NCBI RefSeq assembly: GCF_001194135.2
Contig: NC_068994.1
Coordinates: 35,729,414-35,780,747 of the forward strand
Source of the DNA: Octopus bimaculoides
Taxonomy: Eukaryota
Direction: 5' to 3'
Length of the DNA: 51,334 nucleotides
Made by a program: the position numbers and the translations under genes. Below the pieces are notes generated by a model. That model saw nothing but the letters and a program-made list of their open reading frames with translations. It did no database searches and was not told the origin of the DNA. Position 1 is the first letter of the stretch. Every line of letters starts with the position of its first letter. Below are positions 14,345-25,771 of the stretch, piece after piece.

Positions 14345-14450
14345 TGTATTTGTTCTGACTCTCTGCACTCTGAGTTCAAATCCTGCCAAGGCTAACTTAG
14401 CTTTACATCCTTTTGGAGTTGTTAAAAAGTACCAGCAAAGTACTTGGGTC
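14345..14450 (+). mobile_element. SINE family A fragment
   Basis: CTGAGTTCAAATCCTGCCAAGGCTAACTTAGCTTTACATCC...AAGTACCAG. Confidence 0.7.
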
Positions 14451-15897
14451 CATTTCTTCTCTCTCTCTCTCTCTCACTTTTATTCTTTCTCCCTTATTCT
14501 ATCTCTCTCCTTTGTTCTCACTCCCTCTCACTGAATTGATTACTTTGAAGGGGATAAAAAAAAAAGGGCATTTACATTGCATTGAATCTCTATTGATAGT
14601 TTCCCAACCATTCTGTGGACATGGCACAAAAAAAAAAAAGAAAGAAAGAAAGAAAGAAAGAAAAGAAGGATAGAATGAATGAAAGAAAAGCCCTGCTAAT
14701 TCAGAATACACAAGTTGTTGGACAACAATATATCGATAAAATGCAAACAGTTTAAAACTCAAATTAAAGTAATTCATATGTTCTTATGCCTGTATGACAC
14801 AATCATCTTAATCAAATATATCTGACACTTTGTGATTTGATGATAGAGAATATATTAAAATATCCTTAATATTCATAAAACTTACTCAGAATATAGAATA
14901 CTCAATAAAATAACACAAACAGTTACTTTGTTGATACTACTGTTGCCAGGCAATCACTTCAAAATTCCAAGAATGTTCATGAGCAGAAGTATTCATCAAG
15001 GTGTGATGTGTTGTATTTGATTTCTAAATAAAGATCAATGGGATCTGGCTACTCCTGTTTTAACCACACCCACTGGCAAAGATGAATTTAGCATTGGTCA
15101 ATGTTATTATGCTATTTCTATTGCTGCTTGTTGTAGTTATTTATTCTAAACACTTTTTTTAAATATGTTTACAACTAGATGGCTTGAGTCATGTAAGAGT
15201 TGCTGCTGTTCTTTTTTCTTTTTTTTGCTAGCTCTAGACCATATCTGCCCTGATAGAGTCAATCCATGATCAGTGGCATTGCTTGCAGCTAGGGCCACCC
15301 TTCTTGTATTTTTAGAGACACCTAAGACTATATTGTGTAATGTAGACATTCTCAAACTTTTTCTTCTGGCCTACCCCTTCATTATGTCTAACAGTGTTCT
15401 ATGGCATCCGAAAATTGTCAGACACCATAGAACAGAATATAAACATACATTATTTGTCATCAATTTAATTCTATTTAAGGAGTTCAAGTCTTGTGCTCAA
15501 CTTTGTCTTGTATCTTTTCAGAGTCAATACAATTAAGTACCAGTCAAGTACTGACGTTCATATTATTGACTGCTTCTTTGAATGATTGACTGCTCCTTTA
15601 GGGATATGGAAGAATCATTAGAATGCCAGGCAAAATGCTTAATGGTATTTCAAGGGTTGCTAAAATAAGCACTAGTTGAGCATTGGGGTCGATGTAATGA
15701 ACTTAATCCCTTCCGCCAAAACTGCTAACCTGACAAAATTTGAAACAGATGTTATTGCCTGCTCACTCCCTAAAATTTCTGTCCTTATAAGAAACCAATT
15801 TCATTTAATTTCATGTATATAAATTCTCAATACACAATCTTGCACAAAATTTGTTTATTGTTATAAACATCACTGAAACACTTCTTCACAATGATAA

Positions 15898-16098
15898 TGT
15901 GGTATGACATCAGAGACTGGGGAGCTGACCGCTGACCGGAACCAGGAGCTGATCGGAACTGGGAGCTGACCGGAAGGGGGACAGGGGCAGGTGGAGTCAC
16001 GATTGGGATTTCGTGCCTTTTTCCGGTCAGCTCCCAATTCCGGTCAGCTCCTGGTTCTGGTCAGCAGTCAGCTCCCCAGTCACTGAAGTCATACCACA
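15898..16098 (-). mobile_element. Putative 3' LTR of a Gypsy-like element with 78-bp internal inverted arms
   Basis: TG...CA ends; on the minus strand directly preceded by purine-rich TAAGATCAGGGTGGCA (PPT-like); arms 15898-15975 and 16021-16098 match at 72/78. Confidence 0.65.
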
Positions 16099-16130
16099 TG
16101 CCACCCTGATCTTAAAGATCACATCCACCC

Positions 16131-16409
16131 CTACTCCACGTCAAAGTCCACCATCCAACTGGGCGGGTGCCTTACGCATTGAGATCTTCTCAGGCCAGGT
16201 GTCTCGTTTCCCTCTCCGCGCTCTTCATCTGACGAAGTGGCTATCCTGCGCAGGTCCAGCACGTGACACGGAATTCCATCCACGGATACATTGTTTCTAG
16301 AATTGACCGCCGTCACTGTTCCCCTGCCCCATTGCGACGTGCAGCTTGCCTTCAGTGGCTTAACCCAAACTTCCTCCCCAGGAACAGTAAAAAACTCTCC
16401 ATGCCACAT
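16131..16409 (-). pseudogene. Gypsy-type integrase C-terminal remnant
   Basis: GEEVWVKP...CTSQWGRGTVTAVNSRNNVSVDGIPCHVLDLRR...LRRSQCVRHPPSWMVDF resembles the post-catalytic tail of Gypsy Pol, including the terminal RRS-x-R-x-x-x-P-x-W motif. Confidence 0.65.
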
Positions 16410-16819
16410 ATTCCTCAGATATATGTGATATGTTTAGCTGGTTAGGATTACTTCAAAATTGTAATGTTTTAATACAAACCCCACCGACTACCACAATGTC
16501 TCTTGCATACTCCTAGGGATATGGGTACCTCATTCCATGGTCACTGTTTTTGTAACTATTTTGTCTCTAGTCAGTAATTATTGAGCAAACCTATGAACTT
16601 GGACATTTCAAATCCATCATTTTAAATATCAAAAGATTTCTTTGTTCAGTGTATCCTTCTGAATTCAAAGATTTGAGTGAGATGGTATTACTATTTCTGT
16701 CTTGTTGAGCTTACAATACAGAGCACGGGCTTCATAATGCAGCTTTGAGAGTTGATGGTAATTGATAATGCTGTCTAATATCAGTTACCATGATAAAATA
16801 AACATTAATGTGACTTATA

Positions 16820-17280
16820 GGGATGCTACTACTGCTGTGGATGCAGATGATGATGATGGCAATGGTAAAGACAATGGCAATGATGGTGGTGGTGGTGGTA
16901 GTGGAGCGGAGGAGGAGGAGAAAAGGGGAGGAGGAAGAAGAAGAAAAAGAGGAGGAGGAGGAAGAGGAAAAGAGGAGGAGGAGAAGGAGGAAGAAGAAGA
17001 CGAAGAAGAAGAGGAAGAGGAGTAGAAGAAGAAGAAGAGGTGGTGGAGAATGAAGTGGAAGATAGTGCTGCTGCTGCTGATGATGATGATGATGACAATG
17101 ATGATAGCAATGACATTACTGCAGCTGTTATTGCAACTGTTAGTGCAGCTGCTGCTGCTGCTGCTGCTGCTGTTGATCCTGATGCTACTGCTACTACTAC
17201 TACTACTACTACTGCTGCTGCTGTTACAGTTGTTGTTGCTGCTGATAATGATGCTGATAGCAATGACAATGATAAGCCAT
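16820..17280. repeat. Composite trinucleotide array (GAT, GGT, GGA, GAA, GCT, ACT, GTT)
   Basis: Directly visible; produces poly-E, poly-A, poly-L and poly-D ORFs. Confidence 0.9.
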
Positions 17281-17505
17281 CGTTATGAATGTTCAAAGAC
17301 TTCTTAGTCATCCTTAAAGAGAGCTATCCAGCAAACATTTTTCACTTAATCCTCTGCTATCACTGGTTGGTTAAGAAGCTTAGGAAATAATCTTACATAC
17401 TAATTTCTATCTATGGTCTTGTGATATGGACCTGTAATTCTATCTGTCATGTCAGTGCACTTGGTGCAATAAAAATTCCAACACAATATATTAAAGAACT
17501 ATTTG

Positions 17506-17613
17506 GTGTGGTTATCATTTGCAACCACAGGGTTTTAGGTTCAGTCCCATTGCACGGCACCTTGAGACAATGTCTTGTGAATGAATTGGTAGAAAAAAAC
17601 TGTGTGGAAAACC

Positions 17614-17670
<57 letters not shown>

Positions 17671-17820
17671 ATATGTATCTAAGTTCTTGTAACCCAGCAG
17701 CTCAGCAAAAGTGGCAGGTAGAATAAATGCCAAACTTTAAAAAAAACCCCCAAAAAAACTACTGGGGTTGATTTGTTTGATTAAACCGTTCCAGGCAGTA
17801 CCCCAAAATGGTCACAGTCC
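17506..17820 (+). mobile_element. SINE family B, degenerate
   Basis: GGTTCAGTCCCATTGCACGGCACC, internal (TA)n(TG)n, CTGGGGTTGATTTG tail segment. Confidence 0.75.
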
Positions 17821-17984
17821 ATGCCTGTAAAAGTCTGCTACCAATGATGATGCTGCAGAAGTATCTTACTGCTTAATAATTTAGACATAACAAATTAAAT
17901 AAACTAATTTTATAACAATTATTCTAGATTTAATTATTTTCCCTATTACTTGATGGGCACATTTGTGTATAGAACAGCCTACAG

Positions 17985-18142
17985 ATAATTGTGTGGTTGA
18001 AAAGTTTCCATCGCAGTTTCATAGTTCCAGGTTCGATCCTACTGTGTGGCATCTTGAGCAAGCATTTTCTACTGTAGCTCTTGGTTGACTGATGCTTTGT
18101 GAGTAGAACTTGGTAGTAAAAAAATCTGTGCTGAAGCTTGTT
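17985..18142 (+). mobile_element. SINE family B, 5' half
   Basis: TGTGTGGTTGAAAAG...GGTTCGATCC...GCTTTGTGAGTAGAACTTGGTAG. Confidence 0.7.
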
Positions 18143-18197
18143 TAATATATCTGCTTAAATGCACATATACATCTAAATTTATATTTATATATATACA

Positions 18198-18327
18198 TCA
18201 TCATCATCATCATCATCATCATCGTTTAACGTCCGCTTTCCATGCTAGCATGGGTTGGACGATTTGACTGAGGACTGGTGAAACCGGATGGCAACACCAG
18301 GCTCCAGTCTGATTTGGCAGATGATAG
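18198..18327 (-). mobile_element. SINE family C, 3' end, interrupted by gap
   Basis: (CAT)n CGTTTAACGTCCGCTTTCCATGCTAGCATGGGTTGGACGATTTGACT, near-identical to the reverse complement of 22170-22244. Confidence 0.9.
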
Positions 18328-20086
18328 NNNNNNNNNNNNNNNNNNNNNNNNNNNNNNNNNNNNNNNNNNNNNNNNNNNNNNNNNNNNNNNNNNNNNNNNN
18401 NNNNNNNNNNNNNNNNNNNNNNNNNNNNNNNNNNNNNNNNNNNNNNNNNNNNNNNNNNNNNNNNNNNNNNNNNNNNNNNNNNNNNNNNNNNNNNNNNNNN
18501 NNNNNNNNNNNNNNNNNNNNNNNNNNNNNNNNNNNNNNNNNNNNNNNNNNNNNNNNNNNNNNNNNNNNNNNNNNNNNNNNNNNNNNNNNNNNNNNNNNNN
18601 NNNNNNNNNNNNNNNNNNNNNNNNNNNNNNNNNNNNNNNNNNNNNNNNNNNNNNNNNNNNNNNNNNNNNNNNNNNNNNNATACATACATATACCCACACA
18701 CACTCACACAAATGGCCACCACACCATCCACAACCTCTCTGGATCCTCATCACCCTGATCATTTTCTCTCTCTTTCATGCTCGTTTCCTCTCACACCTCC
18801 TCATCCACATTCACTCTTTTAATGCTGGCTTGGACTGGACAATCCCCTGCCCCACTACTCAACTCAATCATCACACTTACTACTTAATAAGTGAGATGGA
18901 TTTTTTCAATAGCAGCCATTCAACTGTGACTATGTTATGGCTAAAATTACTGTGGCAACTAATACTACAATAACAGCATAAAATAGTGCTACAACTAGCA
19001 GAAGTAGAATGGATAAGCAGTAATAGTGCTGGGTTACCAGCAAGTAGATGTTGAGCTCAAATCCAGCCTGTTAGTGTTTTGTTTTGCATTTCAGCAGTAT
19101 ACTTAATCCTGATATCTTTAATTGATTTGCAAGGTTTTTGATGTGAATTCAAGTGTAGAAACAGATTTTGTTGTATCTCAAGAAGGTTGTTATGCCAATA
19201 ATAAACACACTTAGCTTCTATTTCACTTCTTAATTATTTGTTGAGTGGTTAACTATTTAACCAATGAACTTATTAATTGTTTGATTAAGCATTAGGTTTA
19301 TCAATTATTCTGTTATTGATTAATCAAATGGCTAAACAAACTATTAGTTATTTTCATAAGTTGAATAATAAAGAAGTGAAATAGAACCAGCGCATGTTTA
19401 TCATTAGCATAATGACCCTCCTGTGATACAAATTAATTCTTAATCTCAGTTGGTATTTGTTGGGAGTGATACATATATATCTCTTGTATTAAAAAAAAAT
19501 TTCTCTCTTTGGATTAGGCAGCTGTTTATTTTATTACATGAAACATTCCTTGAAAATTTGGTTACCCATTTGCATATTCAGATTAAATGAATTAAGTGTG
19601 GTGCCTTTATATCATACCAAAAAAAAAAAAAAAAAACATAGCTATCTCTAATGTCATTGAGAAATTGTGGGCAACGTTATTGCTTGCCAGAGAAGTTGGC
19701 AGTTCATAAAATGCTAGAGGCAATGCATAGTATCTTTGAGAGAGACAGCTCCACTTGTTACCTGTAGTTCAGCTAACAACTGTCATTGCTTCGTGCATTT
19801 TCTATACTGGGCTATGTTAGCAAAGACAGAAAATGGGAATTTTCATCTTTTGCTAAGGCATGATCTTTAAAAAAAATAAGTAGATAAATAAAATATCTGC
19901 CAAGACTTGTGCTAGATAGTTATTTAACATTTGCCTAAAGCAATCAGCAGATGAAAGAACAATAAGTGAAGGAAGTATATTTTAATGGGCGAGAGGTGAA
20001 CATTTGATAAATCTTCAAAATCTATATTTGTGTGTGTGTGTATGCAAATATATAAATACATATGCATATATCTATGTATATATCTA

Positions 20087-20121
<35 letters not shown>

Positions 20122-20283
20122 TTATCTATCCCTCTGTCTCTCTATCTATATATGAATATATATGTATGTATATATATATACACATTTATATGCATATATA
20201 TATTTATACATACATATATTTATATATATATACATACATATATATGTATAAATATACATGCATATGTATGTGAATATATATAT

Positions 20284-20284
<1 letters not shown>

Positions 20285-20322
<38 letters not shown>

Positions 20323-20382
20323 GTTTAACGTCCGCTTTCCATGNNNNNNNNNNNNNNNNNTGAGGACTGGTGAAACCGGATG
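20285..20382 (-). mobile_element. SINE family C, truncated 3' end
   Basis: (CAT)n CGTTTAACGTCCGCTTTCCATG-gap-TGAGGACTGGTGAAACCGGATG. Confidence 0.85.
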
Positions 20383-20384
20383 TG

Positions 20385-20421
<37 letters not shown>

Positions 20422-20515
20422 GTATGTATGCATGTATGTATGTATACACATGTGCGAGCACACTCACACATGCATATGCACATACACTACACACACATAT
20501 GTGTATTTGCATATA

Positions 20516-20599
<84 letters not shown>

Positions 20600-21009
20600 T
20601 ATGTATATATATCATCATCATCTTCACCATCCTCATTTTATGTTTGCTTTTCATGCTAGCATAGGTTGGAAAGTTCAACAAGATCCAACTGGCTATGTAC
20701 CACCTTGAGCTCCAACATTTGTTTGGTTTGGTACCAATGACTGGTTGGTCTTCATGATGTCAGAGTGTAATAGGTGTATTTTGTAGTCACCAGCATTATA
20801 GAGGTTGCCTTGTTCTTGGTAAAGCTAAAGAGTCTTATTGACCTGCATTGCTATCTGTGTTCAGTTTGTCAACCACTTAGCAGAGTATATTAGGTGCCTT
20901 TTTCATAGCACCGGCACAAGTGTAACTTAACAAGACTGCTATGACTTTGTAAATGTATGTGTGAGTGTGTGTTTTTACTGCTCCCTTGCTTTATTATTGT
21001 GTCATCATC

Positions 21010-21186
21010 ATGCAAATGGTGTCCTTGATTTCTAATCATCCATGGAAACATACCTGGTCATGTAGAAATAGTAGCCTGGCTGGAAACAGGTGAGGGTTGG
21101 TGACAGGAAGGGCATCCAGCCATCAAAACCTGCCCCAACAAATTCTGTCTCACTCATACAAGCATGGAGAAGAGGGAATTAAAAAG

Positions 21187-21218
<32 letters not shown>

Positions 21219-21373
21219 GATGATGATGACGACGACGATGATGATGACGACGACGACGATGATGATGATGACGACGACGACGATGATGATGATGATGATG
21301 ATGATGATGATAATGCTGTCAATGACAACGATGATGATGATGATGATGATGATGACAATGGTGATGATGATGA
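21010..21373 (+). mobile_element. SINE family D followed by an expanded (GAT/GAC)n tail
   Basis: GGAAACAGGTGAGGGTTGGTGACAGGAAGGGCATCCAGCC...CAAGCATGGA, then about 190 bp of GAT/GAC triplets. Confidence 0.75.
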
Positions 21374-21714
21374 ACAACCTGAGGCTGGATTTGAACTCAA
21401 GATCTACTTGTTGTCCCGTTCAGTTACTGCCTGTCTAGTCTTTTTCTTATAATGCTAACATTGCTTTGCACTATTAGTCAATGACACATTAGTTGCTACA
21501 GTAATTTTAACCAAAACACAGTTACGGTTTAATGGTTGTTATTGAGAAACTCCTTCAGCCATGAAAATGACCAACTCTTGTAATGTCTGAACGATGTCTA
21601 AATGAATGCAGCACTAATGGAAATTAAACAAATTTTTCTTGTTGGATATTTTCATAATTCTAACATCATGTAGAATTCACTTTGGATGAAAATTCCTATT
21701 TCCAATACTTCCTA

Positions 21715-21950
21715 TCAACTTCGTTTAACGTTTACTTTTCCATGCTTGCATGGGTCAGGCAGATTTTCTACAATTGGATGTCATTCCTGTAATCAGCATT
21801 CGTCTGTTTCTGGGCAAGGCAATATTTCTCCAAGATCAAATGTGTATTTTTTTCTTTTCACAGATGACCGGAAATAAACAACAGTGTTTGTAGTATGATG
21901 ATGATGGTCATCAACAACTATCACATGATGTCAAAACAAGTGTGTACACA
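21715..21950 (-). mobile_element. SINE family D (further minus copies 33945-34140 and 51020-51270)
   Basis: TTTCCATGCTTGCATGGGTCAG...CAACTATCACATGATGTCAA shared among copies. Confidence 0.75.
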
Positions 21951-22010
21951 AATATACATACATATATTCATATATATATGTGTGTGTGTGTATGTGTACA
22001 TTTATATATA

Positions 22011-22244
22011 CACCATTTTGAGCGTGGCCGTTGCCAGTACCGCCTGACTGACCTTCGTGCTGGTAGCACGTAAAAGCACCCACTACACTCTCAGAGTGGT
22101 TGGCGTTAGGAAGGGCATCCAGCTGTAGAAACTCTGCCAAATCAAATTGGAGCCTGGTGTAGCCATCTGGTTTCACCAGTCCTGAGTCAAATCGTCCAAC
22201 CCATGCTAGCATGGAAAGCGGACGTTAAACGATGATGATGATGA
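22011..22244 (+). mobile_element. SINE family C, well preserved
   Basis: GTGCTGGTAGCACGTAAAAGCACCCACTACACTC...GGAAAGCGGACGTTAAAC(GAT)n; the tail resembles RTE-type 3' ends (inference). Confidence 0.9.
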
Positions 22245-22246
22245 TA

Positions 22247-23527
22247 TTGGGTCATCCCATAAATAATATGGTTTTTCAGTTGCATGAACTAAAAGTTGGA
22301 GATGGACGGGATAAACAACTTGCATCAACATGGTATAAAAGCAGGTAGTAATTTTACTTTGTCCTTAGTCTTAGTGCAAGTTTTGAAGAGTGCAGTTCGA
22401 TGTAAGTTATTTTTTCAAAGCTATAATGGAAGTGACAAAGGAGCATATTCAGCATATTTTGCTTTATGAGTTCAATAAAGGTAACAACACAATGGAAAAT
22501 GCAAGGAATATTAATGCAGCATATGGGGATCGGATAATAAGCATAAGCCAGTGTCAACGGTGGTTCCAGAAATTCTGAGTCAGAAACTACAGCCTAGAAG
22601 ATGAGCCTTGTCCTGAAAGATCTGTAGAGATCGATGAGGACATCCTGCAAGTCTTGGTGGAACAAAATCTCATCATAAATGTTGAGGAGCTAGCAGAGAA
22701 ACTTGGATTTGGTCATTCAACCATTCATCAACTCCTGCATGCCATTGGAAAAGTCAATAAATTGAGTCAATGGGTTCCTCACAAACTTTCCAAGTCTAAT
22801 CGTGTGCAGAGAGTGAATGTGTGCTCTTCTTTGCTGTCACATCTCACGAATGAACCTTTTTTGGACTGAATAGTGACTGGTGGCGAGGAATGGGTTCTCA
22901 ATAAAAACGTCAGCTGCTGAAGACAGTGAGCAGGAAAGGAGAAACACCAGTACCCCAGGCTAAAAAAGGTCTTCACCCACACAAGGTGTTGTTATCTGTT
23001 TGGTGGGAAATGAATGGTTTAGTCCACTTTGAACTTTTAAATCCAAATCAAACGATAACAAAGGAGATCTACTGTGAGCATTTTGAGCGGCTTAAGTCAG
23101 CACCAGAAGAAAATGACTATCTTTAGTTTCAAGACAAAAGATGTGCTTAAATCAGAATAATCCTCAGCCACACACAATGAGGTTGACATTCAAAAGGCTG
23201 GAGCAGTTTGAATAGGAAATGGTACTCAACCCACTGTATTTGCTGGACATTGCCCCATCTGATTATCCTTTATTCCACAGTCTTCAAAATCATTTGGATG
23301 GAAAAAATATGAAATCCATAGGCATGGTCAGAACAGTACTGGAGGAGTATTTTTCATTATAGACAAGTGAATTTTGGAAGAGAGGCTTTGCAAGTCTAGT
23401 AAGTAGGTGGAAGAGCATTTTTAAAAATGAAGGAGAGTATATTTTTGATTAAAAAAGAACTTTGTTTATCTCGATTTTGTAAAATAAAAGAAGTATAAAA
23501 AAGCACATTATTTATGAGGTAACCCAA
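22247..23527 (+). mobile_element. Full-length (1281 bp) degenerate mariner (DD34D)
   Basis: TA at 22245-46 and 23528-29; TIRs TTGGGTCATCCCATAAATAAT vs reverse complement TTGGGTTACCTCATAAATAAT. Confidence 0.92.
22426..23452 (+). pseudogene. Mariner transposase pseudogene
   Basis: MEVTKEHIQHILLYEF...; WVPHKL; VTGGEEW (from GDEKW); NQNNPQPH (from HQDNARPH); DIAPSDY with 34-residue spacing; ends GEYIFD*. Several stops and a net frameshift. Confidence 0.92.
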
Positions 23528-23583
23528 TATATATATATATATCATATATATTATATATATATAACATGTGTGTGTGTGTGTAT

Positions 23584-23701
23584 TATTAATATTTAGCAGA
23601 AGCAATAGAGTGACTTAACGTCCAAGAATTTCATGCCTTAGTACCAATGCGTGAAACTCTCGGACCATGAGTCATTCTGTTGCTTCTACTAAAGATTAAT
23701 A
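23584..23701. repeat. 118-bp imperfect palindrome
   Basis: 23592-23636 pairs with 23649-23693 (36 WC, 4 G:T, 5 mismatches); extends through flanking ATTAAT. Confidence 0.85.
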
Positions 23702-23760
23702 AAAATATACATATACTCATATCTTAAGATTTATTTTTCCTGCTTTTATCAACATGCCTT

Positions 23761-23818
<58 letters not shown>

Positions 23819-23857
23819 NNNNNNNNNNATATATATATACATACACACACACACATA

Positions 23858-25391
23858 CAGTATTTCACAGAAGTATGTACACCCATTTGGAACACAGAAC
23901 AATAAATATTTTCAAAGATATGAATAAAATATTAATTTTCAAGCATTACAAAAATATGTGCACCCTAAAGGAAATTTGCTAATTTCAATATTTTATCCAC
24001 TTTTTTTTACTAAATTCAGATATTGGTGATAATTTGAATTCTAATAAATTATTTCTCCTGGCATTTTTGCACCGGTCATTGTTATTGCATCTGCAGGAAT
24101 TCTGATTCGTGTATTGTGGTGAAAAATCTTCTTCATTGTGATTAAAATGGCACCAAAAGGAAAAGAATTGTCTGAAGATTTCAAGAAAATTATTTTTAAT
24201 TTGCACAAAAATGGTTTAAGATACAAGTTAATTAGCAAATGAATACATAGTAGTGTAAACACAGTTGCCAAAGTAATTCAGAAGTACAAAGCTACTGGAT
24301 GGCTAAGCAATAAACATCGTCTAGGTCATCCTCCTATTTTAACTGTGCATCATATTCACCACATCCAATGTTGTGTGATGGATAACAGGTGTCGTACCAC
24401 TTCATCTTTGACTCAAGAAGTGTCTTCTGTTAGTGGAAAGGGTATATCCACTTAAACAGTTCACTGAAGTTTTGAACCAGTGTGGTCTTCATGCATGCAT
24501 TCCTCGTATTACCAGGCATAAATCAAGTCATCTTTTTTTTTTTTTGCTGAAGCCTATATGAGTAAGGGAAAGGAATTTTGGAATAAAATTCTGTTTTCTC
24601 AGGAAACAAAACTCAACTTGTTTGGGTCAGATGGTATTAAATGAGTATAGTGACAATCAGGTGAAGATAATAGTGACAAATGCACTGTGCCTACCATGAA
24701 ACACGGCAGCAGAAGTGTTATGCTTTAGGGATGCATGAGTGTTGATGGTGTGGGAGGACTCACATTTATTGAGAGAACAATGGATTCAAGGCTTTATTGT
24801 CACGTATTGCAGAAAACAATGTTGAAAAGCATCAAGGAACTAAGAACATTCCATGTCTCCAATATGACAATGACCCTAAACACACTTCAAAGATGATGAC
24901 TAAGTTTTTATCAGCTAAGAAGGTAAAGATATTGTCTTTTGCCTATCATGTCACCTGATTTAAATCCAATAGAACATCTGTGGGGTGTTTTGAAAAGGAA
25001 GGTTGAAGAGAAAAAACCCCACAATGTAACACATTTGAAAGACATCATTCAGGATGAATGGAGGTCAATTTCATCAGCTATATGCACAAATTTAGTCAGC
25101 TCTATGTCCAGAAGACTTAATGCAGTCATTAAAAGCAAGGGCAGATCACACTAAATATTGAATATAGCAAGTAATCCTTTAAGGTGTACTTATTTTTGTA
25201 TTATTTGAAAATTAATATTTCATTCATATCTTCGAAAATGTTTATTGTTTTGTGTTTCAAATTTGTATAATGTTTGCATGTATAATATATTTTATTCAGT
25301 ATAAATTTCGTTTGATTTTCATTGATATTATCAGAGTAATGGCAATTTTACTGAAAATTTTTAGGGGTGTACATACTTCTTTGAGATATTG
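23858..25391 (+). mobile_element. Full-length degenerate Tc1-like transposon (DD34E) with IR/DR-type ends
   Basis: TA at 23856-57 and 25392-93; outer TIR CAGTATTTCACAGAAGTATGTACACCC vs reverse complement CAATATCTCAAAGAAGTATGTACACCC; inner inverted homology 23885-23971 with 25176-25260. Confidence 0.92.
24147..25161 (+). pseudogene. Tc1 transposase pseudogene
   Basis: MAPKGKELSEDFKK...; FSQETKLNLFGSDG; QYDNDPKHT; SPDLNPIEHLW (34 residues D to E after one 1-nt slip); ends HTKY*. Stops and frameshifts. Confidence 0.92.
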
Positions 25392-25396
25392 TATAT

Positions 25397-25687
25397 ATGA
25401 TGGACTTTCCTGTCAAAGACGACATATGAGCGTTCAGCTTTTGCTGAACGACCTACGCAAATGATTTGTTTATAGTAATCAAATGTTCATGCCGCACTTT
25501 AGCTTACTTTCACCATCAAATTGATGTCATCTGAACAGGTGCACTGTGTGCCATGCATCACGTGTTGAAGTGATTGCAGAGCAATGTGAAATGAAACGCT
25601 TTGTTGAAGAATGTAATGCACTTCCCGGTCTTGGAATTGAAACCATGATCTCGCAATCATAAGTCCAACATTCTAACCATTAGGCCA
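25397..25687 (-). mobile_element. tRNA-derived SINE family E
   Basis: Minus strand starts TGGCCTAATGGTTAG (A box)...GGTTTCAATTCC (B box); body matches 47307-47595. Confidence 0.85.
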
Positions 25688-25730
25688 TATATATATATAT
25701 CATATATATCATATATGATATATATATATA

Positions 25731-25769
<39 letters not shown>

Positions 25770-25771
<2 letters not shown>

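Noticed and set aside
16762-17311. Poly-E/poly-A/poly-L ORFs as a low-complexity protein exon
   Set aside because: Several overlapping frames on both strands are equally open, as expected for triplet repeats.
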